Assembly: GCA_036510525.1 (NCBI GenBank)
Contig: DATCDU010000020.1
Span: 246-64,245, forward strand
Length of the DNA stretch: 64,000 nt
Reading direction: 5' to 3'
From: Minisyncoccota bacterium
GTDB lineage: Bacteria; Patescibacteriota; Minisyncoccia; UBA6257; 2-01-FULL-56-20
Shown: one piece after another, positions 1-8,309 of the stretch
How positions within the stretch are numbered: the stretch's first letter is position 1
Layout: every line of letters begins with the position of its first letter
Translations under genes and position numbers: made by a program
Notes under the pieces: generated by a model
What the model saw: only the letters and a program-made list of their open reading frames with translations
Told to the model about the DNA's origin: nothing
Database searches by the model: none

Positions 1-1558
1 ATTTGTATTATTGTCCGTATCCACCATCACACCGCCCGACGAGCGACGCGAGAGCAATTGGTTCGCGTCGGGACTCGTCGGGTACGGCGGCCCTTCGCCG
101 TATTGGTCGGTGCCCGTTCCCCACGCGACGGCGTCAATGATGTTCCCCGTCGCGTCCATCAATGCCACGCTGTTATCCGCGGCCAACGTCTCCGTGCTCG
201 ACACGTTCGCGCCGATCGTCTCCGAAAAGCCATCGGTGGAATTCGCCCACGTGAACGATTGCCCCGCGGCCACCGCGCTCCCCGTCGGAAACACCTTTAT
301 GGAGTAATCCGTTCCCGTGCTCGATCGCTTATGAAGCTTCCATCCGCTCATGTCGATCGCGGACGCCGTTGGGTTATAAAGCCTTATAAAATCGTTGGAC
401 GAGGACGCGCCGGCGGTCTGCACCGCGGCAATGAGGACAGGGGTTATGGAAGCGGTACTGTTACTATTGCTTCCGCTATCCGCAGCTCCATCCCCGGTCT
501 CCGGCGCGGATGCGATCAAAGATGTCGGTGTGTTCGTTACTGTCTCAGCTGAAGCGCTCGCGTTCGTATCAGCATTCCCGGATGATGCTTCGTCCGCATC
601 CGGCGCGGTCGGAATATTCGGCGTGATCGAGATCGGTGATTGCGCCGCCGGCGTCGGCGCGGGCGTTGATGTCGCGACCGCGCCTGCGGAATTTTCCGCG
701 CCGGGCGTTCCACCCGGCAACGCGCTCGTGTGCCAACCGATGCCATCCGCGTCGCGCTCGAGCGTTTGCTTCGTCGTGTTGTTCCCGCCAGGCCATCCGT
801 GCGACGCATCAAGATAATCGGACACATCGCATTGCGGATCCATGATCGCAAGCATGTCGCCCGTGTTCACGAGATCGCCGGAATATATCTGCGTCGCCGA
901 AGCGGAGGCCGGCGCACTCCCGCGCGAAAGTATTTGGAATCCCCCGGAGGTGATGACATCGCCCACGGAAAATGATATTTTTATTTTTCCGGAAGCGTTG
1001 AGCAGTTCCCATCCGGAGAGATCGATCGTGCCAGTGGAAATATTTTTTATCTCCATCCATTCCGCGGTGGACGACGTCGGCGATCCCATCCAGGCGATCT
1101 CGTTGAAAATAAGTTTTTTTGTCGTCGTCGATGGCGCGGTGACGGGAAATGGGCATGATGAAGTGGATATCATCATCGTCGCAGTGTCCGATGCATCATC
1201 AATGGTGTTACTCGCGCTCGAAAGAGATGTTGATGTAACTTCGTCGTTCTCTGTAATGGCCGTCGGTGCGCCCGTTGGGGCGATTGCCACGGCGCTACTC
1301 TTCTTTTGCGATGTTTTTTGAGCAGATGTGGGTGTCGGCGCCGCACTATCGATGCCCGTCTGCGAATCGTCTACTGGAAACGATGACGACGCACTGTCGA
1401 TCGCTGACAGATCGGCATCGGAAACGGTATCGATCTGCGCGTTATCGATCCCGATGAGGCTATTGATCGCGACGGGATCGAAATAATACGCGATGCCTCC
1501 GCCGATCGCGATGAGGAGCACAAAAGCACCGACTGCAATATAATTTTTCTTGTTCATG
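1..1558 (-). CDS. Lamin-tail-domain (LTD) repeat surface protein with N-terminal TM anchor; partial, runs off the window start
   Basis: Uninterrupted reverse-strand frame from ATG at 1558 (MNKKNYIAVGAFVLLIAIGGG...) to position 1 with no stop. Repeated LTD-like modules (NEIAWMGSPTSSTAEWMEIKN...LSGWEL; NDFIRLYNP...MSGWKL). Absent from the ORF track because it is truncated by the window edge. Confidence 0.55.
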
Positions 1559-2042
1559 GAGAGACAGTAGCATAATGGCCATTAAAAGGATCTTAAATAA
1601 AATCCCGTCAAGCCCCGGAAGTCGCCCCGCCGTAAGAATTCCACCCGGGGATGTAGCCATAATATAGAGGCCCGGTCGGGTGGGATGACCAGCTCCGAGG
1701 TCACTCCCCCAAATAGAGCTGTTTGTGGTCAAAATTTTCGTTTTTGCGGGGCATTCGCCTAAAAGACCTTTTGAAAATAAATTTTTAAAAGATTTTCGTC
1801 TGTCCGTCCGGAGACCATCCTGATTTTTCAAGGGATTTGAAAATCGCCGGACAAAATGCCCAGCATTTCCGAACATTCGGTCCGGAATGGCCTTGCCCAA
1901 AAACAGCCCGTGGCGGATCGGCCTCGCGATGCCCATTTTTGGAAAAATTGTCCACCCCGCCGCGCCTGCCGGGCGGTTATCCACAGGGCTCTCCAAAAAA
2001 CCAGTGCTAAAATACTTTTACCCCTAACGATGACCTCCCGCT

Positions 2043-2121
2043 CTCCATTCACCAGAAAAAAATATCCGGAGAAACATATCCCGATCGCGAAACGATCGGG
2101 CACGCGTGCGGTGAATGGAGT
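2043..2121 (+). promoter_or_regulatory. Structured nrdA 5' leader: 11-bp perfect long-range inverted repeat enclosing an 8-bp hairpin
   Basis: ctccattcacc (2043-2053) pairs with ggtgaatggag (2111-2121); inner cccgatcg-cgaaa-cgatcggg hairpin; lies 21 nt upstream of the nrdA ATG; a possible extended -10 (TGcTAAAAT) at ~2003-2011. Confidence 0.35.
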
Positions 2122-2142
2122 AAAAAATAATCATACATCATC

Positions 2143-4827
2143 ATGGAGCTGACAATCACAAAAAGAGACGGAACAAAAGAACCATTCAACGCGGATAAGA
2201 TCAACCGCTCCATCGAACGCGCATGCGCGGGACTGCAGGATCCCATCGGTATGGTGACACAGATCGCCACGGAGACGCGACTGACGCTCTATGATGGCAT
2301 CACGACGGAAGAAATGGACCAGGCGACGATCAACGCCGCCGTGCAGAACATAAAAGAGGATATCGAGTACGATAAAGTCGCCGTGCGATTGCTTTTGAAG
2401 ACCATTTATAGAAAAGTCGTCGGCGATTACGAGGATAATGTGGAAATTTTGCGAAAGAAACATCGCGACGGTTTCGCCGCGTGGGTAAAGAAGGGGGTCG
2501 CGGACGGAATTCTCGATCCGCGCATGGCGGAGAAGTTCGACTTGAAGGATCTCGCGAGCGCGCTCGATATCCGTCGCGATGAATTGTTCGTCTACAGCGG
2601 ACTCTCGACCGTCCTTCATCGCTACTCCATCAAGGACGTGAAGAACGATCCCGCGGAGACGCCGCAATATCTTTTCATGCGCATCGCGATGGGACTTTCG
2701 TTCAACGAAAAAGATCCGACGCTCTGGGCAAAACGTTTCTATCAGAAGATGTCGCAGATGAAGTACATCGCCGGCGGTTCCACGAATCTTGGCGCGGGCA
2801 CCACGCGTCCGTCGCTCTCGAATTGTTTCCTTCTTCAGATCGAGGATGACATGGAGCACATCGCAAAATCCGTCGGCGACGTGATGATGCTCTCCAAGGC
2901 ATCGGGCGGCATCGGCGCGAACGTCACGAAGTTGCGCGCGACGGGCTCCCCTCTTAAATCGAACAACACTCCTTCGAGCGGTCCGACGCCGTTCGCAAAA
3001 ATAATAGACACGGCGATCCGTGCCGTGCAACGCGGCGGAAAGAAAAAAGGCGCGCTCTGCTTCTATATGGAAAACTGGCACATCGACTTCCCCGAATTTT
3101 TGGATTGGAAGCACAACGCCGGCGATGACTATATGCGCATGCGCACCGCCGACACCGCGGCATTCATCTCCGACGAGTTCATGAACCGCGTCGCGAACCG
3201 AGATTTCTGGTACATGTTCGACCCGAAGGAAACGCCGGACCTGATCGAGCTTTACGGCAAGGAATTCAGCACGCGCTACGCGGAATATGTGGAAATGGCT
3301 GAAAAGGGCCAGTTCCGGGTGTTCAAGAAGGTCCCTGCGGAGGAATTATATAGACAGATGCTCGGCGCCCTACAGGCGACAGGCCATCCGTGGCTCACGT
3401 GGAAGGATCCGATGAACCTTCGTGCTTTGAATAACAATACCGGCACGATCCATATGTCCAACCTCTGCACGGAGATCTGCCTTCCGCAGGACCGCGAGAA
3501 CATCGCCGTCTGCAATCTCGCCTCGCTCAATCTCGCGAGCCACGTACACAACAAACAGATCGACTGGGAAAACCTGGAAGAGAGCATTCGCTTCGCTATC
3601 CACCAGCTTGATAACTTGATCGACATCAACGTGCTCCCCATCGCAGAAGCGCAGCACTCGGATCAGGAGAATCGCGCGATCGGATTGGGGGTGATGGGAT
3701 TCTCCGACATGCTCGAGCAGGTCGGACTTTCGTACGAGAGCGAGCACGCGCACAACTTCGCGGACAAGGTGTTCGAGTTCGTGAGCTACGTCGCGATCGA
3801 CGAGAGCGCAAACCTCGCGGCAGAGCGCGGAAGCTATAATAATTTTCAGGGATCCGGATGGTCGAAAGGCATGGTGCCGATCGACACGATCAAGACATTG
3901 GAAGACGGCCGCGGTATGACGCTTACCGTCGCGAAGGAACACCGCTATCGCGGATTGAACTGGGACGCGCTCCGCGAAAAAGTGAAGAAAGGAATGCGCA
4001 ACGCGACGCTCATGGCCACCGCGCCGAACGCCAACATCGGGCTCGTCGCCGGCACGACGCCGGGCATCGATCCCCGCTTCGCGCAGGTGTTCTCGCGCAA
4101 TAAGATCTCCGGAAAATATCTGGACCTCAATCACAACCTGGTGAACGATCTCAAGAACATGGGCATCTGGGAAAAAACAAAAGAGCGGATCATCGCCGAC
4201 CAGGGAGACATCTCCGCGATCGACGAGATCCCGCAGCACATCCGCGATATCTATAAGACATCGTTCAGCACGTCGCCGTACGCATTCATCGAAGTGGCCG
4301 CGCGCGCGCAGAAGTGGATGGACCAGTCGCTCTCGCGCAACATGTACCTCGAGACGCGCGACATCGGCGAGATGATGGACATTTATGCGACCGCGTGGAA
4401 GAAAGGGTTGAAGTCCACGTACTACCTGCACATGAAGCCGCGCCACACTGCGGAGCAGTCGACGGTGCGCGTGAACAAAGCGGAGCAGATGGGCAAGCGT
4501 GGATTCGCCGCGGTGATGGAAGCGGCCGCCGAAGCGCCGGTGACGGAATCAGTGGAGGTGACCGTGGCACAACCGGCAGCGCAGCCCTTTGCCGTCGTGG
4601 AGGCCGTCGCATCCTTCGTGAGCGCGCCGGTTACGGCAAGCACCGCGGAAGCCCATACTACGACGACCCCTATCGAGGCAATGCCCGTAAAGGCAGAGAT
4701 GCACATGCATGACGCCTTGGAACCCCATACCCATTCCGTAGCCCAGGGCTCATCCCCCGCCAACGCCCCGCGCATCATGCCGCCGAGCGATCCGATGGAG
4801 CAGTTCATCTGCGACAGCTGCCAGTAG
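2143..4827 (+). CDS. nrdA: Ribonucleoside-diphosphate reductase alpha subunit (class Ia), with an Ala/Pro-rich C-terminal linker before the CxxC tail
   Basis: N-terminal ATP-cone (KRDGTKEPFNADKINRSIERA), active-site NxCxE region (SNLCTEI), C-terminal FICDSCQ redox tail; 894 aa. Confidence 0.95.
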   Translation: MELTITKRDGTKEPFNADKINRSIERACAGLQDPIGMVTQIATETRLTLYDGITTEEMDQATINAAVQNIKEDIEYDKVAVRLLLKTIYRKVVGDYEDNVEILRKKHRDGFAAWVKKGVADGILDPRMAEKFDLKDLASALDIRRDELFVYSGLSTVLHRYSIKDVKNDPAETPQYLFMRIAMGLSFNEKDPTLWAKRFYQKMSQMKYIAGGSTNLGAGTTRPSLSNCFLLQIEDDMEHIAKSVGDVMMLSKASGGIGANVTKLRATGSPLKSNNTPSSGPTPFAKIIDTAIRAVQRGGKKKGALCFYMENWHIDFPEFLDWKHNAGDDYMRMRTADTAAFISDEFMNRVANRDFWYMFDPKETPDLIELYGKEFSTRYAEYVEMAEKGQFRVFKKVPAEELYRQMLGALQATGHPWLTWKDPMNLRALNNNTGTIHMSNLCTEICLPQDRENIAVCNLASLNLASHVHNKQIDWENLEESIRFAIHQLDNLIDINVLPIAEAQHSDQENRAIGLGVMGFSDMLEQVGLSYESEHAHNFADKVFEFVSYVAIDESANLAAERGSYNNFQGSGWSKGMVPIDTIKTLEDGRGMTLTVAKEHRYRGLNWDALREKVKKGMRNATLMATAPNANIGLVAGTTPGIDPRFAQVFSRNKISGKYLDLNHNLVNDLKNMGIWEKTKERIIADQGDISAIDEIPQHIRDIYKTSFSTSPYAFIEVAARAQKWMDQSLSRNMYLETRDIGEMMDIYATAWKKGLKSTYYLHMKPRHTAEQSTVRVNKAEQMGKRGFAAVMEAAAEAPVTESVEVTVAQPAAQPFAVVEAVASFVSAPVTASTAEAHTTTTPIEAMPVKAEMHMHDALEPHTHSVAQGSSPANAPRIMPPSDPMEQFICDSCQ

Positions 4828-4852
4828 AAATTCTCAATCTCAGAAACGGATT

Positions 4853-4880
4853 AAAAATGGCGCTCCGGTGCGCCATTTTT
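4853..4880 (+). terminator. Intrinsic terminator after nrdA
   Basis: aaaaatggcgc-tccggt-gcgccattttt, an 11-bp perfect stem beginning 26 nt after the stop; the 3' arm ends in a T-run. Confidence 0.7.
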
Positions 4881-5131
4881 AACACCACAACACTTTGAAT
4901 ATTTGTTCTTCCGTATATCCGCACTTCCCTTGAAGAAAGCTCCTTACAAAATCCCAGACTAAACCCGCTTTCAAGGGTTTGTGATTCGGCACTACGGTGG
5001 CTTCATTCGTCGCGCTGTAGGTTATTTTATAACATGCTTACTTGCGCGTTTAATGGTACATCTACCCAACTTATTACAAGCCTTAACTAAATCCTCAAAA
5101 GAACAATTTACTAATTTTGGATAATCCACGA

Positions 5132-5527
5132 TTAAGAAACTCTCTGTAATTGACGGATTTGATCGAGATTCTGTTTCGGCAAAATATCTTCCAAGGTATA
5201 TTTCTCCGGAGGATTTTCTTCCGCAACGATATTTTTTACGGATTCCACGGGTAAATAATGTCCGAGTTCTGGAATTAATTTTTCAGGAGCATTGTAATAG
5301 GCATAAACCGCTCTCGTAAGAATATCAAAAAGCTCAGAGAAGGTCTCTCCCTGGGAATAGCAAGGGATCTCTATCGCCTTTGCCCAATAACCACCCTCTT
5401 CGGCTTTGTTAACTTGTACACTTAACAAGCTCGGGAGGACGGCTTGGAAAAGTAATTTTTCTTCGTTTTTTTCAGCCATATAATATATTAACGATTTAAG
5501 TATCCCACTTGTTGCAACCACACACAA
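5132..5527 (-). CDS. HicB-like (UPF0150) antitoxin-domain protein; no cognate HicA recognised
   Basis: ...EGGYWAKAIEIPCYSQGETFSELFDILTRAVYAY resembles the HicB/UPF0150 fold signature; lies in an AT-rich insertion between nrdA and nrdB; alternative start at 5479 (MAEKNEEK). Confidence 0.5.
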   Translation of the reverse strand: MCVVATSGILKSLIYYMAEKNEEKLLFQAVLPSLLSVQVNKAEEGGYWAKAIEIPCYSQGETFSELFDILTRAVYAYYNAPEKLIPELGHYLPVESVKNIVAEENPPEKYTLEDILPKQNLDQIRQLQRVS

Positions 5528-5610
5528 GGACAGTATTATAACATAGTTAAAATGTAGGTCAAATCAATATCTATTGGGAGAATTATCCACAGATAAACCC
5601 TCGAAACCTA

Positions 5611-5770
5611 CGATCTCTTACGGAGCTCACGGGACGGCACCCACTCATCGTAACGCGTTCGATGCCGGCAAGCCGGTCTAATTGCGACCCGCAGTAGAGC
5701 CGAAAGATGGCGAAGCCACCTCGGGGGAATTAGCTCCCCTTTTCTGCGCTTTCAGTTCCGTAAGAGATTG
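5611..5770. other. GC-rich structured non-coding segment closed by a 12-14-bp long-range inverted repeat
   Basis: cgatctcttacgga (5611-5624) pairs with tccgtaagagattg (5757-5770), enclosing ~132 nt with internal hairpins (e.g. gggggaattagctcccc); no ORF; function unknown. Confidence 0.3.
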
Positions 5771-5811
5771 CAACTTTTATGACTGATTTAAGTTTAACAA
5801 TCCGACCAAGC

Positions 5812-5857
5812 AAGTCAAAAGCTATTTAATGATTTTTTAATAATATCGTCTTACTTA
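5812..5857. repeat. 44-nt AT-rich conserved motif, copy a
   Basis: AAGTCAAAAGCTATTTAATGATTTTTTAATAATATCGTCTTAC; ~40 of 44 positions identical to copy b at 57292-57336. Confidence 0.6.
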
Positions 5858-5977
5858 GATTCCTCCACATTCCGCCTACTTTCCTGATCCCCTGTCAACG
5901 TTGTTGACCGCGCCATTTTCACCTATAATCTTTTTACCCTCGTCCTGGGAATCTGTAAAAATAATAGAACATAAACC

Positions 5978-6973
5978 ATGTTGATCGGCAAAGCATCCCC
6001 GGAGGATATGAACCTCCACCCAATTCAATATCAGTGGGCATACGACCTCTATCAACAGGCGGTACGCAACACGTGGTTCCCTCACGAGATCGCGCTCAAG
6101 GAAGACCTCTATGATTGGGAGAAGATGACGGAGGACGAACGCCACGCGGTGAAGTTCCTGATGGCATTCTTCAATCCGGGCGAGCTCATCGTCAACCGCT
6201 CGATTGCGCTCGGCATCTATCCTTATTTGAAGTCGCCGGAGTGCCATCTCTACCTTGCGAAGCAGATGTGGGAAGAAGCAAATCACTGCGTTGCCTTTGA
6301 ATACGTTTTGGAAACATTCCCGCTTGATCGCACGAACGTGTTCAACCTGCACCTCGACACGCCGTCGATGAAAGCCAAGGAAGATTACATCAATAAGTAC
6401 ATGCGCCGCATGACGGAAGACACGCTTGACGTCGAGACGCCGGAGGGCAAGAAAGATTTCATCCGCAACCTCGTGGCGACGAACATCGTGATGGAGGGCA
6501 TCTGGTTCTACAGCGGCTTCATGGTGGTGCTCTCGTTCCGCCAACGCAACCAGCTCCGCAACTTCGGCTCAATGATCAACTGGGTGATCCGCGACGAATC
6601 GCTCCACCTCAAGTTCGGCATGAACCTCATTCAGAATATTTTAGAAGAGAATGCCGAATTGCTCACGAAAGAATTTGCGAACGAGATCAAACAGATCGTG
6701 ATCGACGGTGTGGACCTTGAGGTGGCCTACAACAAAGATCTTTTCCCGCGTGGCATCCTCGGCCTGAATGCCGACTATGTGAACCAGTACGTGCAGTACG
6801 TCGCCGACCGGCGCCTGGAAGAGCTCGGCATCGGCCCGCACTACGGCGCGAAGAATCCCGCTAAGTGGATGGCGGGCGCGACCGACGTCCTCGAGCTCGT
6901 CAATTTCTTCGAGGCGCAGAACACGTCGTACGAAGTGGACAGCCACGCCGCCGATAAAAAGAAGGAAGCATAA
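5978..6973 (+). CDS. nrdB: Ribonucleoside-diphosphate reductase beta subunit (class Ia)
   Basis: Ferritin-like di-iron R2 motifs (..WEEANHCVAFEY..; ..DESLHLKF..); 331 aa. Confidence 0.95.
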   Translation: MLIGKASPEDMNLHPIQYQWAYDLYQQAVRNTWFPHEIALKEDLYDWEKMTEDERHAVKFLMAFFNPGELIVNRSIALGIYPYLKSPECHLYLAKQMWEEANHCVAFEYVLETFPLDRTNVFNLHLDTPSMKAKEDYINKYMRRMTEDTLDVETPEGKKDFIRNLVATNIVMEGIWFYSGFMVVLSFRQRNQLRNFGSMINWVIRDESLHLKFGMNLIQNILEENAELLTKEFANEIKQIVIDGVDLEVAYNKDLFPRGILGLNADYVNQYVQYVADRRLEELGIGPHYGAKNPAKWMAGATDVLELVNFFEAQNTSYEVDSHAADKKKEA

Positions 6974-7036
6974 CAATAAAAACAGCCTCTCGCCTCCAGG
7001 CAGATGACCGTTCGGCGAGAGGCTGTTTTTATTGTT
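6972..7036. repeat. Family-A palindromic element copy 1 (23-bp perfect arms, conserved 19-nt core TCCAGGCAGATGACCGTTC); doubles as the nrdB terminator
   Basis: Arms aacaataaaaacagcctctcgcc (6972-6994) and ggcgagaggctgtttttattgtt (7014-7036); the left arm starts inside the TAA stop codon; the core is identical to the one at 56976-56994. Confidence 0.65.
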
Positions 7037-7045
7037 TGGTATAAT
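7037..7045 (+). promoter_or_regulatory. Extended -10 promoter (TGgTATAAT) for the 7057 gene, giving a near-leaderless transcript
   Basis: tggtataat ends 11 nt before the ATG at 7057; no good -35. Confidence 0.35.
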
Positions 7046-7056
7046 AGAAAGACGTT

Positions 7057-7725
7057 ATGAATCTGAAGAATATCCTTATCACGTTGTCCATCGTCGCGGT
7101 GGTGATTGTATGCGTGGCGTTCTACGTCGTGTTCTATAGCGGCGGAGGGACGTACGTCGTGAGCTCTCTCACCGGCCCGAATGCGGACATCTTTGGCGCG
7201 GGGACCGAAAATACCAGCACCTTGGGCGCAAGCTCGACCGCCAGCTCTACGGCGTTCGCGTCGTCATCCGCGCTTGACGACACCGGCGCGTCCTCTTCCG
7301 CAAGTTCCACCGCCTCATCGTCGCTTACGACCACACCGGGCAACACGACGGTCGTCTCGTGGACCCAGGGCAATGAGGCGCTTTTGATCACCGGCGCCCT
7401 GATCTCGGGCGATCAGCTCACACTCGGCGTCCAGGTGGCGATGGGCAGCGTCAGCGAATGCGTGCCGCTTAACCTCCGCCTGATCGCCGACGAACAGGGC
7501 GATCTTTCGCCACCGATCACATCGCAGTTCACCTTTCCGGACACCGGCACCTGCAACGGTACCGCGGGCGAGACCTACAGCGCCCAGCCGATCGTCTTCA
7601 CGCTCAGCGATCCCAGCGCCTTCCCCATCGTCCTCACGACTGGCGGCACGGCCAACATCCTCTTTGAGGTCGTGCAGGATCCCGACGGCAGGCTGAGCGC
7701 CCAACTGCCGCCGAGCTCGGATTAA
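7057..7725 (+). CDS. Membrane-anchored Ser/Thr-rich hypothetical protein
   Basis: N-terminal TM helix (ILITLSIVAVVIVCVAFYVVF), low-complexity S/T/A region; 222 aa. Confidence 0.5.
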   Translation: MNLKNILITLSIVAVVIVCVAFYVVFYSGGGTYVVSSLTGPNADIFGAGTENTSTLGASSTASSTAFASSSALDDTGASSSASSTASSSLTTTPGNTTVVSWTQGNEALLITGALISGDQLTLGVQVAMGSVSECVPLNLRLIADEQGDLSPPITSQFTFPDTGTCNGTAGETYSAQPIVFTLSDPSAFPIVLTTGGTANILFEVVQDPDGRLSAQLPPSSD

Positions 7726-7791
7726 AAATTGATTAAATGACCGCTATTGAAAATCCACCCCCGTCTGCTACAATAGTATTCGTATTGTAAT

Positions 7792-8072
7792 TCCGCGATA
7801 GCTCAATGGTAGAGCGGCGCCCTGTCAGCAAGGCAGCTCGCATCGGAAACGGTGCGATGATAAAAATCTTGGGATAACGGTGAATGCTAAGTCCGCAAGG
7901 ATATGCGAATACCGTGGGAACCCTCCGCACGGGAGGGGCACCGTAGAGACTAGATACCGAGATGCCTAACACCCGCAATGGGCGGGTCATGGCAATGATA
8001 TAGTCCACGCCTCTTGGAAACATTAGGAAACGTGTAAGGCGATGGTTCCAGGTTCGAGTCCTGGTCGCGGAG
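7792..8072 (+). tRNA. tRNA-Asn(GUU) interrupted by a group I intron in the anticodon loop (alternative reading Thr-UGU)
   Basis: 5' exon TCCGCGA-TA-GCTC-AATGGTA-GAGC-G-GCGCC-CTGT (7792-7825); 3' exon TAA-GGCGA-TGGTT-CCAGG-TTCGAGT-CCTGG-TCGCGGA-G (8035-8072). Spliced product has anticodon loop CUGUUAA, U1-A72 and G73 as in E. coli tRNA-Asn. Confidence 0.75.
7826..8034 (+). ncRNA. Group I self-splicing intron (~209 nt) in tRNA-Asn
   Basis: Contains group I conserved R element GTAGAGACTAGA (ccgtagagactagatacc) and S element GATATAGTCC; 5' exon ends in U; intron ends in G before the 3' exon. Confidence 0.7.
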
Positions 8073-8138
8073 CAGTCAATATCTTTTATCGGACAGACCG
8101 AGAGGCATCGATTTTTGCTATCTTTTTTGATGCTAAAA

Positions 8139-8162
8139 GTTCGAGTCCTACTCCTATGGCAT
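8139..8162 (+). repeat. Degenerate second copy of the tRNA-Asn 3' end (T-loop and acceptor-like)
   Basis: gttcgagtcct identical to 8052-8062; continues ...actcctatggca versus the native ...ggtcgcggagca. Confidence 0.45.
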
Positions 8163-8309
8163 CTAGGACACCGAACTCAGCGCTTTAACTTGAATTTAAG
8201 TCGCGGAATTTTAATTGACATTTATATTAAAATATGTTTTACTCACACTAGCTACTCACAACTGAAAACTAGGTTGGAGAGGTGGCAAATTTCTGAAAGG
8301 AGATAGCGC

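Noticed and set aside
1840-1900. SRP (4.5S) RNA-like GGTCCGGAA-tggcc segment
   Set aside because: The flanks do not form the domain IV helix (C-U mismatches); probably coincidental.
1460-1996. 178-aa minus-strand ORF in the track
   Set aside because: It is out of frame with, and overlaps, the real start (ATG 1558) of the long LTD gene; the rest lies in the nrdA/LTD divergent promoter region.
2131-4446. Long antisense ORFs inside nrdA (2131-3114, 3370-4446 minus)
   Set aside because: High-GC antisense frames opposite a strongly supported RNR alpha gene.
5570-5810. Possible cobalamin riboswitch between hicB-like and nrdB (gaagccacctcgggggaa looked like a B12 box)
   Set aside because: The B12-box consensus (GCCACTG) and the conserved upstream GGGAA...GGTG...CCCGCAACTGTAA blocks do not line up. 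Kept only as an unclassified structured segment.
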